Assembly (NCBI GenBank): GCA_038225275.1
Contig: JBBREY010000001.1
Span: forward strand, 2,408 to 66,407
Source: Chitinophagales bacterium
GTDB taxonomy: Bacteria; Bacteroidota; Bacteroidia; Chitinophagales; Chitinophagaceae
DNA length: 64,000 nt
Direction of reading: 5' to 3'
The first letter of the stretch is position 1. Every line of letters starts with the position of its first letter. This document shows, in pieces, positions 27,901-37,549 of this stretch. The translations under genes were made by a program, and so were the position numbers. The notes beneath the pieces are model-generated. The model saw only the letters and a program-made list of their open reading frames with translations, was not told the origin of the DNA and did not search any database.

Positions 27901-30258
27901 AGTGCTAGATCCTGCAATAGTAGCCGAGGGCAAAGGGTTTACTGTAACTGTAGCTGTCTGCCCTGTAATAGGCCTTGTACAAAAGGTGGCATTGGCATTT
28001 TCGATGCTGGTAATATTATACACATAAGTTCCTGGGGTAGTAGTAAGCACAGAAAAGCCAATAGGTGTAGACGATGCTACCAACGGAGGCTGTGCTATTG
28101 CTGCTGCTCCATTTATTGCAAGTGTGTAATATATTTTATAATCAGGTAACCCACCCGTAGCGGTAATGCTAATGATAGGTTGAGGTGAATTTTGACAAAC
28201 TGATGTTGTACCTGTTATAGTTGCATTAACCAATGCAGGAACATTTACTATGTTAGATGCGACGTTACTGAAACATCCAACTGTAGTAGTAGTCGTTAAA
28301 GTAACAGTGTGAGGCCCAGCTGTTGAAAAAACATGCACAGGATTTTGTTGCGAAGATGTGTTTGCAGTGCCACTGCCTGGATCATCAAAATTCCATGCCC
28401 ATCTATAATTGGGCTTATTGGTAAAAGTTGCGTCGGTAAATTGTACGCTCTCATTGACACAGCCGGGTTGGATAAAAGTAAAGCGTGCATTGGGGGGATC
28501 AAAAACACCCAATTCAAAATCAATATCTTGTGCCGAGCCACATTTGGTAGACCCGGTATTATAAGCTGTAATCGTTACTGGATATAAACCCGCTGTTGGA
28601 AATGTATATACATTTGGCAAAGAATACCAATAAATAATTTTACCGCTAACGATAGTTGTTGAATCGGGTCCTCCCACTCCCGGAACACATGAAGAATAGT
28701 AAATTTTGGGATTAGCAGGTGCAGGCGGACCAGGTAAATTACTTAAATCCCATTGAATTGAATCTGCACAGTAAGGCAATGATACCCGAAAACGAAACGG
28801 AGAATTCGTACATACCGATGGTGAACTTTCAATACCAAATTGAGATTGCACGCTTATTTGTTGAAATAAATCTTTTAAGTTAGTTCCTGCGGAATAACCA
28901 TAAGACTCGGCGTTCCCAAATCCATATGCAATTGCGTTAAAGCCAGAATCACTAACCAATCGATGTGCACCGGATGAAAGTGGACTTGTTAACGTGCCAT
29001 TATCGTAAATGCGGAGGTAGGCATAATTATTATCTTGCGGCAAAACATTAATAAGACTCGCTGCAGGTGCCACACCATCAATTGTAAAAGAACTGACCCC
29101 AGTTCCACTATTTCGCAGAACTACATTAATAAAATGTTGTGTGATTGCAGTATTGGATGCAGGCTGCATTGAGTTTACAGTAACATCACTCACTGTTTGT
29201 TCGACCGGATTTAGATAGATCATGTCGGGATCGTGTGGATTGTTGTTGCCACTACACCCAGCAGTTGTAAAATATTGCGCAACAAGTATTGATTTATCCG
29301 CTTCCACCAGATTTGTTTGATTACTAGAAAATTGGTATATGTTGTTTACGAAATTTGAAGGTGGTATTAAAACTCCATTCAGGTTCACATTTGAAGTTGC
29401 ATCCGGTCGATAAATTCTGAAGTAGTTTGTGTTAGAAACGGGGGACAAAGTAAGATTAGATCGGTTGCCACTAGGTATCAATACATATTTTTTACCCCAA
29501 GTACTGGCAGGGTACATTTGTTGGTAAAGATTGTCAGACGAACCTGCACCGGCACAACCTATCGAGATTTTACCACTTCCACAAAATACAGCAATCTTTT
29601 TACACCCTCCGGTTCCAGAAGCAATCGATTTAACGGTGCTCCCGGTTAGATCTGTTGTAGATAACACTTGGTAAATTTGACCTTGAGTTAAAGTAATAGT
29701 TTGCGTGACATTGGCAGGCCACCCACCTTTGGTAGTTTGACTAGGTTTAATTTCTATAACGGTCGAACCTGTTTCGACTGCTTCTACAAAAAAATAAGAA
29801 TAAGAATTTGGTTCATTGGAAACCTGGGTATAGTTTAAGGAGTAATATTCTTTACCCAAAGTGTTTGTTGGTAAAAAGACCGTTGCCCCTGAAATAGCAT
29901 TCACATAAATAAAACCATACGCAACAATTGGTTTTAAAGCGGTTATATGAATACCGTGGTTGTACAATCCCTCGTCTAATAGAGCTGCTGATCTTGGAAT
30001 GTTAACTACAGTTATCTGGTTTGCTGTAACTGTAAAGGTTTGAGAAAATGCAATGCTAGTAATTTCCACTTTGCCAGTCGTGCTTACATCGGATGTCAGA
30101 TAGATTTGCATCGTTTCAACAGTTCCTGAATTAAACATCCTCACGTGGTTACCATAACCGACCCAAAAATCCTTCCCCTTATTCGAAAAATCCTGTGCAC
30201 TAACATTAAAAAAAGAAACTAAAAATATAAATACGGACAGTAGAATTTTCATCATCAA
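24967..30258 (-). CDS. Large surface protein: IgGFc-binding-like N-terminus, PKD repeats, T9SS type B (gliding-associated) CTD
   Basis: SNKGKDFWVGY, GFGNAESYGYSAG, repeated W.W.(F/Y)GDG motifs, IPNTFTPNNDGIHDFW...WDG...YYYII. Confidence 0.9.
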   Translation of the reverse strand: MMMKILLSVFIFLVSFFNVSAQDFSNKGKDFWVGYGNHVRMFNSGTVETMQIYLTSDVSTTGKVEITSIAFSQTFTVTANQITVVNIPRSAALLDEGLYNHGIHITALKPIVAYGFIYVNAISGATVFLPTNTLGKEYYSLNYTQVSNEPNSYSYFFVEAVETGSTVIEIKPSQTTKGGWPANVTQTITLTQGQIYQVLSTTDLTGSTVKSIASGTGGCKKIAVFCGSGKISIGCAGAGSSDNLYQQMYPASTWGKKYVLIPSGNRSNLTLSPVSNTNYFRIYRPDATSNVNLNGVLIPPSNFVNNIYQFSSNQTNLVEADKSILVAQYFTTAGCSGNNNPHDPDMIYLNPVEQTVSDVTVNSMQPASNTAITQHFINVVLRNSGTGVSSFTIDGVAPAASLINVLPQDNNYAYLRIYDNGTLTSPLSSGAHRLVSDSGFNAIAYGFGNAESYGYSAGTNLKDLFQQISVQSQFGIESSPSVCTNSPFRFRVSLPYCADSIQWDLSNLPGPPAPANPKIYYSSCVPGVGGPDSTTIVSGKIIYWYSLPNVYTFPTAGLYPVTITAYNTGSTKCGSAQDIDFELGVFDPPNARFTFIQPGCVNESVQFTDATFTNKPNYRWAWNFDDPGSGTANTSSQQNPVHVFSTAGPHTVTLTTTTTVGCFSNVASNIVNVPALVNATITGTTSVCQNSPQPIISITATGGLPDYKIYYTLAINGAAAIAQPPLVASSTPIGFSVLTTTPGTYVYNITSIENANATFCTRPITGQTATVTVNPLPSATIAGSSTVCQNSPAPNIVFTGTNGVAPYKFTYSINGGSNQTVTTTVGSTVSVSVPTSTIGTYSYSLIAVQDAASCLKNYTNTTAAVNVKPLPTATIATNAVTVCQASTTVPLITFTGSGGVAPYTFSYTINGSPFTISTTAATNTISVAASTATPGTFAYNLVSVQESSASACTNNQTGTASVIVQPKPTASLTTTGPFCELKSLLITPSFGVAPTGTVVSWVWDYGDGTGIHVRTDGNPFTLSYAVPGNKIITFKTVSDNGCVSDLFTVTITIFSKPIAGFINPAACLADAKAQFFDTSKITGGSSVFWQWDFGDGTPVYAGSTLAYKNPIHTYLAVGQKTVKLIVTSNSGCIADTTQQFFINGEVTRASFTTLNAANLCSNRPVQITDNSVVNVGGLIRTDIYWDYLGASTVFDQDNNPSTNKIYTHNYPNLPIDKVYKVRYYAYSGFNGVCQKDTVIDVLVHASPIATFLKVPDVCLNGGPVVLNQGTASGGTGVYTGLGVTFAGGVYTFNPLATGVVVGNNNNVVYKVTSAAGCDSSKIQQVKVLAPPVVNTFAPVGNKCLQNSIIFHNTYTDGNGLVAKWIYNWNDGSPLQVMTTGADVTHIYSTQGIQSATLTLETAYGCRNIPFQVSFTVNPLPLTNFTFSDTACLPAAKVLFNNTTPNISDWAFNWNFDFPSTLVTDLSTLQQPITHTYFTQTAHSVKLIATSAITGCTNSIIKVVNTIHPAPVASFNFNKTSVCLGQNVTVIDNSTPADGSPLKWLWNYGENANNSLGQIQAPYTFGTAKTYNVTLTFTNSFGCVDDTVRSFVVYPYPVVDAGPDDVVLEGGTFNIAATAIGNNLTYLWTSNPSPAYLSSITILNPIAKPLVDINYKITVTAQGGCVKADSVFIKVLRFPEIPNTFTPNNDGIHDFWEIKYLFTYPGNKVQVFTRTGQKVFESNGYAKPWDGNMNGKSLPFDTYYYIIEPGSGRKPITGYVTIVK

Positions 30259-30921
30259 GCAAAAAATTATTGGAATTTCAAAACTGATACAATCTCGAAT
30301 TTAATATTTTATATACAAATGCTTAAATAAACCTTTTAAAAAGGCAGTTTGAATAATAAATAAGTTGCGCTAAAATTTTAATATTCCTAAAATTCTTCAG
30401 AAACAATCGGAAAAATATTTTTAGAATTGGCAGAATGTCATTTCTTGGTTTTGAAAATTATCGATGTTATGCCATTTAATAGAACTAATTGTCAAAATGG
30501 AACAACAGCAACACTATGCCATAAAAAGGCAAAAATTTAAGGTTTTAAAATTTTCATATAACATTTGAACATATGTAAAAATCTATATTTATTTTTTATT
30601 TTAATAATCTTTTTATTATCTTAGATATCAATGTTTTAAAAATTATCATATTATTATAAATACAAATTACAAATGTTACCTTTTTACTAAACTAGTAACA
30701 AGAAAATATATATTATAAATATTTATTTAGACATTATAAAACTCAAATTATCATTATTTTAACCATTTTTTATTATTTTATTTTTATTAGTAATTAGCTT
30801 TCCAAATAAGTTCGTAATAATCTACTTAATAACTAATTTTTATAGCAGTTAAAATTGACTTACATAAAAACAGTTTATTTCCTCCATTGAATATTGCTTA
30901 TTTTTATTGTAAAAAAAATTA

Positions 30922-31386
30922 ATGAAAACCATTTATACACTCCTTCTTATCATTTCTTCCACTTTTGTATTATTTCTGTCATCATGTCACGAACCTAAAT
31001 CTTTAGAATTTAGAAATTTTAGTAATTTGAAAGTCGATAAATTATCATTTGCCGGGGCGGCGCTAACTGTTGATCTTGTATATTATAATCCAAATAATTT
31101 TGGGCTGCAGCTAAATAGAACCGATTTAGATGTTTTCGTTGATAGCACTTTTTTAGGGCATTCATCACAGGATATTCAGGTAAACATTCCTAAACTAAAT
31201 ACTTTTACAATCCCCTTAAAGTTGGATTTAGATGTAAAGAATTTACTGAAAAATGGGATTACTTCCCTTTTTAATAAAAATGTTGCAGTAAGAGTTTTAG
31301 GATCTGTGAAAGTGGGCAAAGCCGGTATTTATAAAAGTTTTCCGGTTGATTATACTAGTGTTCAAAACTTTTCAATGTTTAAATAA
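30922..31386 (+). CDS. LEA type 2 (WHy) domain lipoprotein
   Basis: Lipobox LSSC; YYNPNNFGLQL motif. Confidence 0.8.
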   Translation: MKTIYTLLLIISSTFVLFLSSCHEPKSLEFRNFSNLKVDKLSFAGAALTVDLVYYNPNNFGLQLNRTDLDVFVDSTFLGHSSQDIQVNIPKLNTFTIPLKLDLDVKNLLKNGITSLFNKNVAVRVLGSVKVGKAGIYKSFPVDYTSVQNFSMFK

Positions 31387-31418
31387 AAACTGACTTATTA
31401 TTCCATAAAATAATACAC

Positions 31419-31448
31419 AAAAAAAGCGACCTTTTCGGGGTCGCTTTT
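31419..31448. terminator. Bidirectional terminator
   Basis: aaaagcgacc-loop-ggtcgctttt between convergent genes. Confidence 0.82.
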
Positions 31449-31465
31449 CTGATTTAATAAATAGT

Positions 31466-31825
31466 TTATGGCTTTTTTAGAGCGGGTATCGGAGGATTTT
31501 TACATGCAGGAGATAATCTTTTTAAAGCTGTTTCATCCGCAGTTACATCATCAGCATCAAAACCCACATTCGCAATCATGGTTTTTATTTGTTCTATATC
31601 TGTTCTATCTGTTAACCACGTTACCATTATATTTTTCTTCTTTAAATCAGCCTTATAAGCAACAATACCATACTGTTTAAAGAGGGATTGTTCAATCTTA
31701 GCTTTACAATCTTCCGTGTACATTCCCGGAGTGCTTATAATTGCCTTGCCTGTAGTTTTTTGTTGTGCTTGACATGCAACGCAAAAAAACAATAAACCTA
31801 TTATCGTAAACTGTAAATATTTCAT
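31466..31825 (-). CDS. Exported heavy-metal-associated (HMA)-like domain protein with a degenerate CxxC
   Basis: Signal peptide; GMYTEDCKAKIEQSL...GI...IANVGFDA fold pattern. Confidence 0.72.
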   Translation of the reverse strand: MKYLQFTIIGLLFFCVACQAQQKTTGKAIISTPGMYTEDCKAKIEQSLFKQYGIVAYKADLKKKNIMVTWLTDRTDIEQIKTMIANVGFDADDVTADETALKRLSPACKNPPIPALKKP

Positions 31826-31855
31826 ACTGAATTGCTTTTGATAGACTAAATTATT

Positions 31856-32491
31856 TTATTTCCCCCACCCTGAAGGATTCTCCCGCCAGTTTAACAAAGA
31901 TTTCAGCTGTTCCTCCGTGATAGAGTTGCTTTCCTTTGCGTGTTTTATTAAAGCTTCATAGTTACTTAGTGAATAAAGTTTAATTTTTGCAGTTTCAAAT
32001 GCAGACATTGCATGGGCGAAACCGTAATTAAAAATAGAAACCATGCCTTCAATAATAATTTCTTCTTTTTGCAACACCTCACACACCTGTAAACTACTTT
32101 TTCCGGTTGAAATCAGATCTTCAACCACTACAACTCTTTGCCCCTTTTCATATACACCCTCAATTTGGTTACCCATTCCATGCTCTTTTGGTTTGGGTCT
32201 TACATACATAAAAGGAAGTTTTAGCTGATCGGCCGCCATTGCTCCCCACGAAATTCCTGCAGTTGCCACACCTGCTATTGCATCGGCACCCGCAAACTGT
32301 TCAAAAATAACAGCGCTTAACTCACTTTTTATAAAATCCCTTACATACGGATAACCAAGCGCTTTGCGATTGTCGCAATAGATGGGACTTTTCCAGCCAC
32401 TTGCCCATGTAAAAGGTTGGTCAATATTTAATTTTACGGCATTTATCTGTAATAATTTTTCTGCTATGGCTTCAGCTGCGGTATTCGTCAT
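31856..32491 (-). CDS. pyrE: Orotate phosphoribosyltransferase
   Basis: FTWASGWKSPIYCDNR, KEHG, VVVEDLISTGKS. Confidence 0.96.
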   Translation of the reverse strand: MTNTAAEAIAEKLLQINAVKLNIDQPFTWASGWKSPIYCDNRKALGYPYVRDFIKSELSAVIFEQFAGADAIAGVATAGISWGAMAADQLKLPFMYVRPKPKEHGMGNQIEGVYEKGQRVVVVEDLISTGKSSLQVCEVLQKEEIIIEGMVSIFNYGFAHAMSAFETAKIKLYSLSNYEALIKHAKESNSITEEQLKSLLNWRENPSGWGK

Positions 32492-32579
32492 GGTTGTGTT
32501 TTAAAATATTAAAACAAAGATAACAGCTTGTCAAATCATTGTAAGACAGATACTCTATTTTTACTTCTTAAATAAATGT

Positions 32580-33206
32580 ATGCAAATTAAAATCTATGTA
32601 GATGACTCTCCAATCTACATCACAACTGAGTTGACGGATGATATTCAGAAAATGTCAACTCAAAACAATGTTTTATTTATTACGGATGAAAACGCTATAG
32701 TTGTCAGTAATATTTTAAATGAGTTAAAGACAGGAAAAAAAGAAGTAATTATTTTATCAGATAGCATCGAAAAGGTAAAAGCTGTTTTTACAAGTAATTT
32801 AACCAATATGGAAGCTGCAGGTGGTATTGTACAAAATGAAAAGAAAGAATTACTATTTATTTTTAGGAGAGGAAAATGGGATTTACCGAAGGGAAAATTA
32901 GAAAGAAACGAAAGCGTCGAAATTTGTGCAGCGAGGGAAATTGAAGAAGAAACAGGGGTAAAAAATTTAATTTTAAAACACAAAATTGGCGAGACCTACC
33001 ATATTTACGAAGAAAATAAAATACAAATATTAAAGACAAGCCACTGGTTTTATTTTGTTAGTACCGGAACGCAAACGCTATCCGCACAAACGGAGGAAGA
33101 CATAGCGGAAGTGAAGTGGATAAACACCCGTAATATTAAAGAACCCATGGCAAATACCTATCAGAATATTAAAGATATACTAAGCGTGTTTTTTGATACT
33201 CCTTGA
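32580..33206 (+). CDS. NUDIX hydrolase
   Basis: WDLPKGKLE...CAAREIEEETG Nudix box. Confidence 0.9.
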   Translation: MQIKIYVDDSPIYITTELTDDIQKMSTQNNVLFITDENAIVVSNILNELKTGKKEVIILSDSIEKVKAVFTSNLTNMEAAGGIVQNEKKELLFIFRRGKWDLPKGKLERNESVEICAAREIEEETGVKNLILKHKIGETYHIYEENKIQILKTSHWFYFVSTGTQTLSAQTEEDIAEVKWINTRNIKEPMANTYQNIKDILSVFFDTP

Positions 33207-33650
33207 TCATCCTAATTGAGCAGGCTTTCTCAAAATTGCAACGGTTAGCCTACTAATACAAATCAATTTGCTGTTTTCGTCGTGTATTTTAATATCCCAC
33301 ACATGTGTTGTACTGCCTAAGTGGAGTCTGGTTGCAGTGGCAATGACCAAACCTTGTTTTGCACTCCTAACGTGGTTTGCATTAATTTCAAGCCCAACAC
33401 AAATAGATTTTGAAGGGTCTAAAACATAGTAAGAAGCAACACTACCAATGGTCTCAGCCAAGGCACAACTTGCACCACCATGCAGTAAGCCATACGGCTG
33501 TTTTGTTCTGTCATCTACTGGCATACTCATTTTTAGGTAATCATCTCCAACTTCTACCCATTGCATACCAAGGTGAGTACCCATTGTGTTCTCCGTAATA
33601 TGAAGATCTGCAAGACATAAATTCTTATTGAACCAAATACTATTTGCCAA
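33207..33650 (-). CDS. Hotdog-fold acyl-CoA thioesterase (YdiI/PaaI-like)
   Basis: QPYGLLHGGASCALAET, VGLEINANH; TTG start overlapping the coaD stop. Confidence 0.88.
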   Translation of the reverse strand: MANSIWFNKNLCLADLHITENTMGTHLGMQWVEVGDDYLKMSMPVDDRTKQPYGLLHGGASCALAETIGSVASYYVLDPSKSICVGLEINANHVRSAKQGLVIATATRLHLGSTTHVWDIKIHDENSKLICISRLTVAILRKPAQLG

Positions 33651-34125
33651 CTTTATAATTTTTTTTAATTGATTTGTTTACTGCTTTTGGTAAAAACCTT
33701 GACACATCACCCCCATTCCTTAATACATCTCTTACCAATGTAGAAGCTACAGATGTAAACTGCGGCAGACAAGTCAAGAAAACTGTTTCAATATTATCTG
33801 CAAGACTGCGGTTCATATCAGCAATTGCTTTTTCGTATTCAAAATCATTTACATAACGAATGCCTCTAAGTATAAACTTTGCGCCTATTTCTTTGCAACA
33901 ATTGACGGTTAAGCCATCATATAAAACTGCTTCTACATTTTCATTATCTGCATATATTTCATTCAACCAATCTATTCTTTGTTGGTCGCTGAACATGGGT
34001 GTTTTATTAATATTTCTACCTATCCCAATAACTATTTTATCGAATAAGGGGATGGCACGGTCAATGATATCAGTATGCCCAAGTGTAACAGGGTCAAAGG
34101 TTCCGGGGAAAAGGCAAATTCTCAC
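33640..34125 (-). CDS. coaD: Phosphopantetheine adenylyltransferase
   Basis: FPGTFDPVTLGH, ILRGIR...DFEYE, NR; GTG start. Confidence 0.95.
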   Translation of the reverse strand: MRICLFPGTFDPVTLGHTDIIDRAIPLFDKIVIGIGRNINKTPMFSDQQRIDWLNEIYADNENVEAVLYDGLTVNCCKEIGAKFILRGIRYVNDFEYEKAIADMNRSLADNIETVFLTCLPQFTSVASTLVRDVLRNGGDVSRFLPKAVNKSIKKNYKVGK

Positions 34126-34183
34126 AAGTAGTTTTTTAAAAGTTTCAAACGTTCTTTAATGATATAATTAGATAACCCAAATT

Positions 34184-35110
34184 TTATTTTCTCTCAGCCA
34201 ATAAATACAATGCAGCCATTCTAACAGCAACTCCATTCTCCACCTGTTTTAAGATGATTGAATTATTTCCATCAGCAACATCACTGTCTATTTCAACACC
34301 CCTATTTATTGGTCCTGGATGCATAATCACTATTTCTTTACCTAGACTGTCTAACAATTTTTTAGTTACGCCATAAGCAAGATTATACTCCCTTAAAGTG
34401 GAGAATAAAACTTTCTTTTGTCTTTCGAGCTGGATACGCAATACGTTCGCCACATCGCACCATTCCAAAGCTTTTTTTAGATCATACTCAACTATTACAC
34501 CCAAAGCTTCTTTAATATACTTAGGAATAAGTGTCGGCGGACCAGCAACCATCACCTCGGCTCCCATTTTCTTTAATAAATAAATATTACTCAATGCAAC
34601 CCTTGAGTGCATGATGTCTCCCACCAAAACAATCTTTTTTCCTGTAATTGTGCCGATTTTTTCCTGTATAGAAAACGCATCCAATAATGCTTGTGTAGGA
34701 TGCTCATTTATTCCATCTCCTGCATTTATGATAGCTGTATCTGGTAAATGCTTTGCAAGAAAATGTGCAGCTCCACTTGCCTGGTGGCGCATTACCACCA
34801 TATCTACCTTCATGCTGAGGATATTGTTTACAGTATCCAGTAAAGTTTCTCCTTTAGAAACCGAAGAGGCGGAAGCGCTGAAATTGATAGAATCTGCGCC
34901 CAATCTTTTTTCTGCTAACTCAAATGAAATGCGTGTACGGGTGCTGTTTTCGTAAAACAGATTTACAATTGTAACATCTCTAAGAGACGGTACTTTTTTT
35001 ACAGGCCGTTGTAAGACTTCTTTAAATTGGGTGGCAGTTTGTAAAATGAGGGTTATATCTTCCGCAGAAAGTTCTTTAATGCCAATTAAATGTTTTGTAG
35101 ATAGTTGCAT
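34184..35110 (-). CDS. pyrB: Aspartate carbamoyltransferase catalytic subunit
   Basis: FYENSTRTR, KGETL, NAGDG..EHPTQ, RIQLER, MHPGP. Confidence 0.96.
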   Translation of the reverse strand: MQLSTKHLIGIKELSAEDITLILQTATQFKEVLQRPVKKVPSLRDVTIVNLFYENSTRTRISFELAEKRLGADSINFSASASSVSKGETLLDTVNNILSMKVDMVVMRHQASGAAHFLAKHLPDTAIINAGDGINEHPTQALLDAFSIQEKIGTITGKKIVLVGDIMHSRVALSNIYLLKKMGAEVMVAGPPTLIPKYIKEALGVIVEYDLKKALEWCDVANVLRIQLERQKKVLFSTLREYNLAYGVTKKLLDSLGKEIVIMHPGPINRGVEIDSDVADGNNSIILKQVENGVAVRMAALYLLAERK

Positions 35111-35264
35111 TAAGCAGCGAAGCTATTGTAAAAAAATGAAAGTGAGAAAAATTAAGAAATAGTGCATTTGGTTTTACTAGATAAGTTTTAAGAGAGAAAC
35201 TTTTAGGTCAATAATTTTAAAAGCATGACGGTACTGATATCATATTTTTCTACTAAAAATCTTA

Positions 35265-35780
35265 CTACTCATTTTCCAGTATTACTTCTCCATTCTCTTT
35301 AATAACTTTTACTTTCTGGTGAAAATGTCCGTCAATTGTTTTGCCACAATAATCCGGCTGAATCGGTAGCTCCCTGTCAAACCTCCTGTTTACCAAAACA
35401 CAAAGTTCTACTTTTTTAGGTCTACCAAAATCTTGCAAAGCATCTAACGCTGCACGTATTGTTCTGCCAGTGTAAAGCACATCGTCTATTAAAACAACTT
35501 TTTTACCGTCAATATTAAAAGGTATATCAGTTTTGTTTGAAAGGTGAATTTCTGAACGAACATCATCTCTGTAGAAGGTAATATCGAGCAGCCCATATTT
35601 TATTTCTTCGCCGAGGCAGAGCAATTTTATTTGTTCTATAATTTTATCGCTCACATACACACCACGAGGTTGCAACCCAATAAAAATAGTATCAGCTGTG
35701 TTGTCATCATTTTCTATTAACTGCTGAGCTAGCCTGCTTATAATAAGCGTGAACTGTTGTGATGTAAGAAGGGTATTCAT
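35265..35780 (-). CDS. pyrR: PyrR bifunctional regulator/uracil phosphoribosyltransferase
   Basis: LDITFYRDD, VVLIDDVLYTGRTIRAAL, RELPIQPD. Confidence 0.92.
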   Translation of the reverse strand: MNTLLTSQQFTLIISRLAQQLIENDDNTADTIFIGLQPRGVYVSDKIIEQIKLLCLGEEIKYGLLDITFYRDDVRSEIHLSNKTDIPFNIDGKKVVLIDDVLYTGRTIRAALDALQDFGRPKKVELCVLVNRRFDRELPIQPDYCGKTIDGHFHQKVKVIKENGEVILENE

Positions 35781-35869
35781 TATTTATTTTTTTCTAAAAA
35801 GAAAATTTGAAAATAGTAACCGTAAAAATTTCCACTAAATATTATCAAACCATTTCTTAGCGTCTTTGC

Positions 35870-37504
35870 CTACGCTTCTTCCATAAAACCATATCTGTAG
35901 TCTACCACCGGTACAAAAGTTTCTTTTATTGTCCGTGCACTTAACCAACGGTATAAATTTAACTGCGAACCTGCTTTATCATTGGTACCACTTGCTCTAG
36001 CACCACCAAAAGGCTGCTGCCCAACTACTGCGCCCGTAGGTTTATCATTAATATAAAAGTTACCAGCACTGTTACGAAGTCTGTTTACCGCCAATTCTAC
36101 TGCATATCTGTCCTGAGCAAGTACGGCACCTGTAAGTGCATAAGGGGATGTATTGTCAACAAGTTTTAGTGTTTCTTCATATTTATTTTCATCATAAATA
36201 TAAATGGTTAATACCGGACCGAACAACTCATCACACATCGTTACATAATAAGGATCAGAAGCTTCAATAATTGTCGGTTCAATAAAATACCCTTCCGATT
36301 TATCACACTTACCTCCTACCCATATTTTTGCAGCGCTATCACGCTTGCGAACATTTTTAATGTATCCTTCCAATTTATCAAAACTCTTTTCATCTATTAC
36401 CGCATTAATAAAATTGGTAAAATTTTCTACTGTGCCCATCTTCATGGTCTTTACAACTTCAATCAATTTCTTTTTAACCTCGGCCGCCATATTGCTTGGA
36501 ATATATGCACGAGATGCTGCAGAACATTTTTGCCCCTGGTACTCAAAAGCTCCTCTTGCAAGAGCTGTAACCACTGCATCTACATTGGCACTCTTATGTG
36601 CTATCACAAAATCTTTACCACCCGTCTCTCCTACAATGCGTGGGTAAGATTTATAAATGGGTGTATTTTTTCCAATGGTCTCCCACATTTTATTAAACAC
36701 GCCAGTACTTCCTGTAAAATGTAACCCCGCAAATTCAGGATGATTAAAAATTACATCGCCAATCGTTTGTCCGTCTACAAAAACAAGGTTAATGACACCG
36801 TCGGGCAAACCAGCTTCCTTTAAAATTTTCATGAACATTTGGGCACTGTACACTTGTGTGTTAGCACATTTCCATACAACCACGTTACCACACATTGCAG
36901 CACTTGTAGGAAGGTTTCCGCCGATTGCTGTAAAGTTAAAAGGCGTTAATGCAAACACAAATCCTTCCAACGGACGATACTCCAAACGATTTTGTATACC
37001 CGGACTGCTAATGGGTTGCTTCTGATAAATATCACTTAAAAAGTGAACATTAAAACGTAGAAAATCTATTAGCTCACAACTTGCATCAATCTCCGCCTGC
37101 ATGGCATTTTTACTTTGACCAAGCATGGTCGTTGCATTAATATGTGGACGATACTTTGTCGCCAATAAATCAGCTGCTTTTAAAAATATATTTGCACGGT
37201 TTTCCCAACTCATATTTGCCCATTTATCTTTTGCCTTCAATGCTGCCGCAATGGCTTTTTTCACATGCGTTGCATCTCCAATATGGTATTGACCAAGCAC
37301 ATGTTTGTGCTCGTGCGGTGGACGTATTGCCACCGTTTTACCTGTACGAACTTCATCTGCACCAATGTACATTGGCACATCAATCTTGGTACTTTTAAAT
37401 TCTTTTAATACTGCTTTTAAAGCAATCTTTTCTTTAGAACCTTTTGTATAATTTAGTACAGGTTCATTTACTGGAAGTGGGTAATAAAAAGAGCCGTATT
37501 GCAT
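35870..37504 (-). CDS. pruA: Delta-1-pyrroline-5-carboxylate (glutamate-5-semialdehyde) dehydrogenase
   Basis: PFNFTAI, FTGS, ETGGK, FEYQGQKCSA, NDKPTGAVVGQQPFGG. Confidence 0.93.
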   Translation of the reverse strand: MQYGSFYYPLPVNEPVLNYTKGSKEKIALKAVLKEFKSTKIDVPMYIGADEVRTGKTVAIRPPHEHKHVLGQYHIGDATHVKKAIAAALKAKDKWANMSWENRANIFLKAADLLATKYRPHINATTMLGQSKNAMQAEIDASCELIDFLRFNVHFLSDIYQKQPISSPGIQNRLEYRPLEGFVFALTPFNFTAIGGNLPTSAAMCGNVVVWKCANTQVYSAQMFMKILKEAGLPDGVINLVFVDGQTIGDVIFNHPEFAGLHFTGSTGVFNKMWETIGKNTPIYKSYPRIVGETGGKDFVIAHKSANVDAVVTALARGAFEYQGQKCSAASRAYIPSNMAAEVKKKLIEVVKTMKMGTVENFTNFINAVIDEKSFDKLEGYIKNVRKRDSAAKIWVGGKCDKSEGYFIEPTIIEASDPYYVTMCDELFGPVLTIYIYDENKYEETLKLVDNTSPYALTGAVLAQDRYAVELAVNRLRNSAGNFYINDKPTGAVVGQQPFGGARASGTNDKAGSQLNLYRWLSARTIKETFVPVVDYRYGFMEEA

Positions 37505-37549
37505 AAAAAATATTTGTTTAATGAATGTAATTTATTTTGTTTTATTATT

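Noticed and set aside
30500-30530. Sigma-54 promoter upstream of the large adhesin (minus strand TGGCATAGTGTTGC)
   Set aside because: GG-to-GC spacing is 9 rather than the required 10; similar TTGGCA sites near 17842 and 58650 lack a clear -12 element.
33207-33650. Calling the thioesterase menI
   Set aside because: mqnE indicates the futalosine route and no men genes are adjacent; hotdog substrate cannot be read from motifs.
35111-35869. PyrR-binding attenuator around pyrR/pyrB
   Set aside because: No ARUCCnGnGAGGYU-like loop or terminator/antiterminator visible in either spacer.
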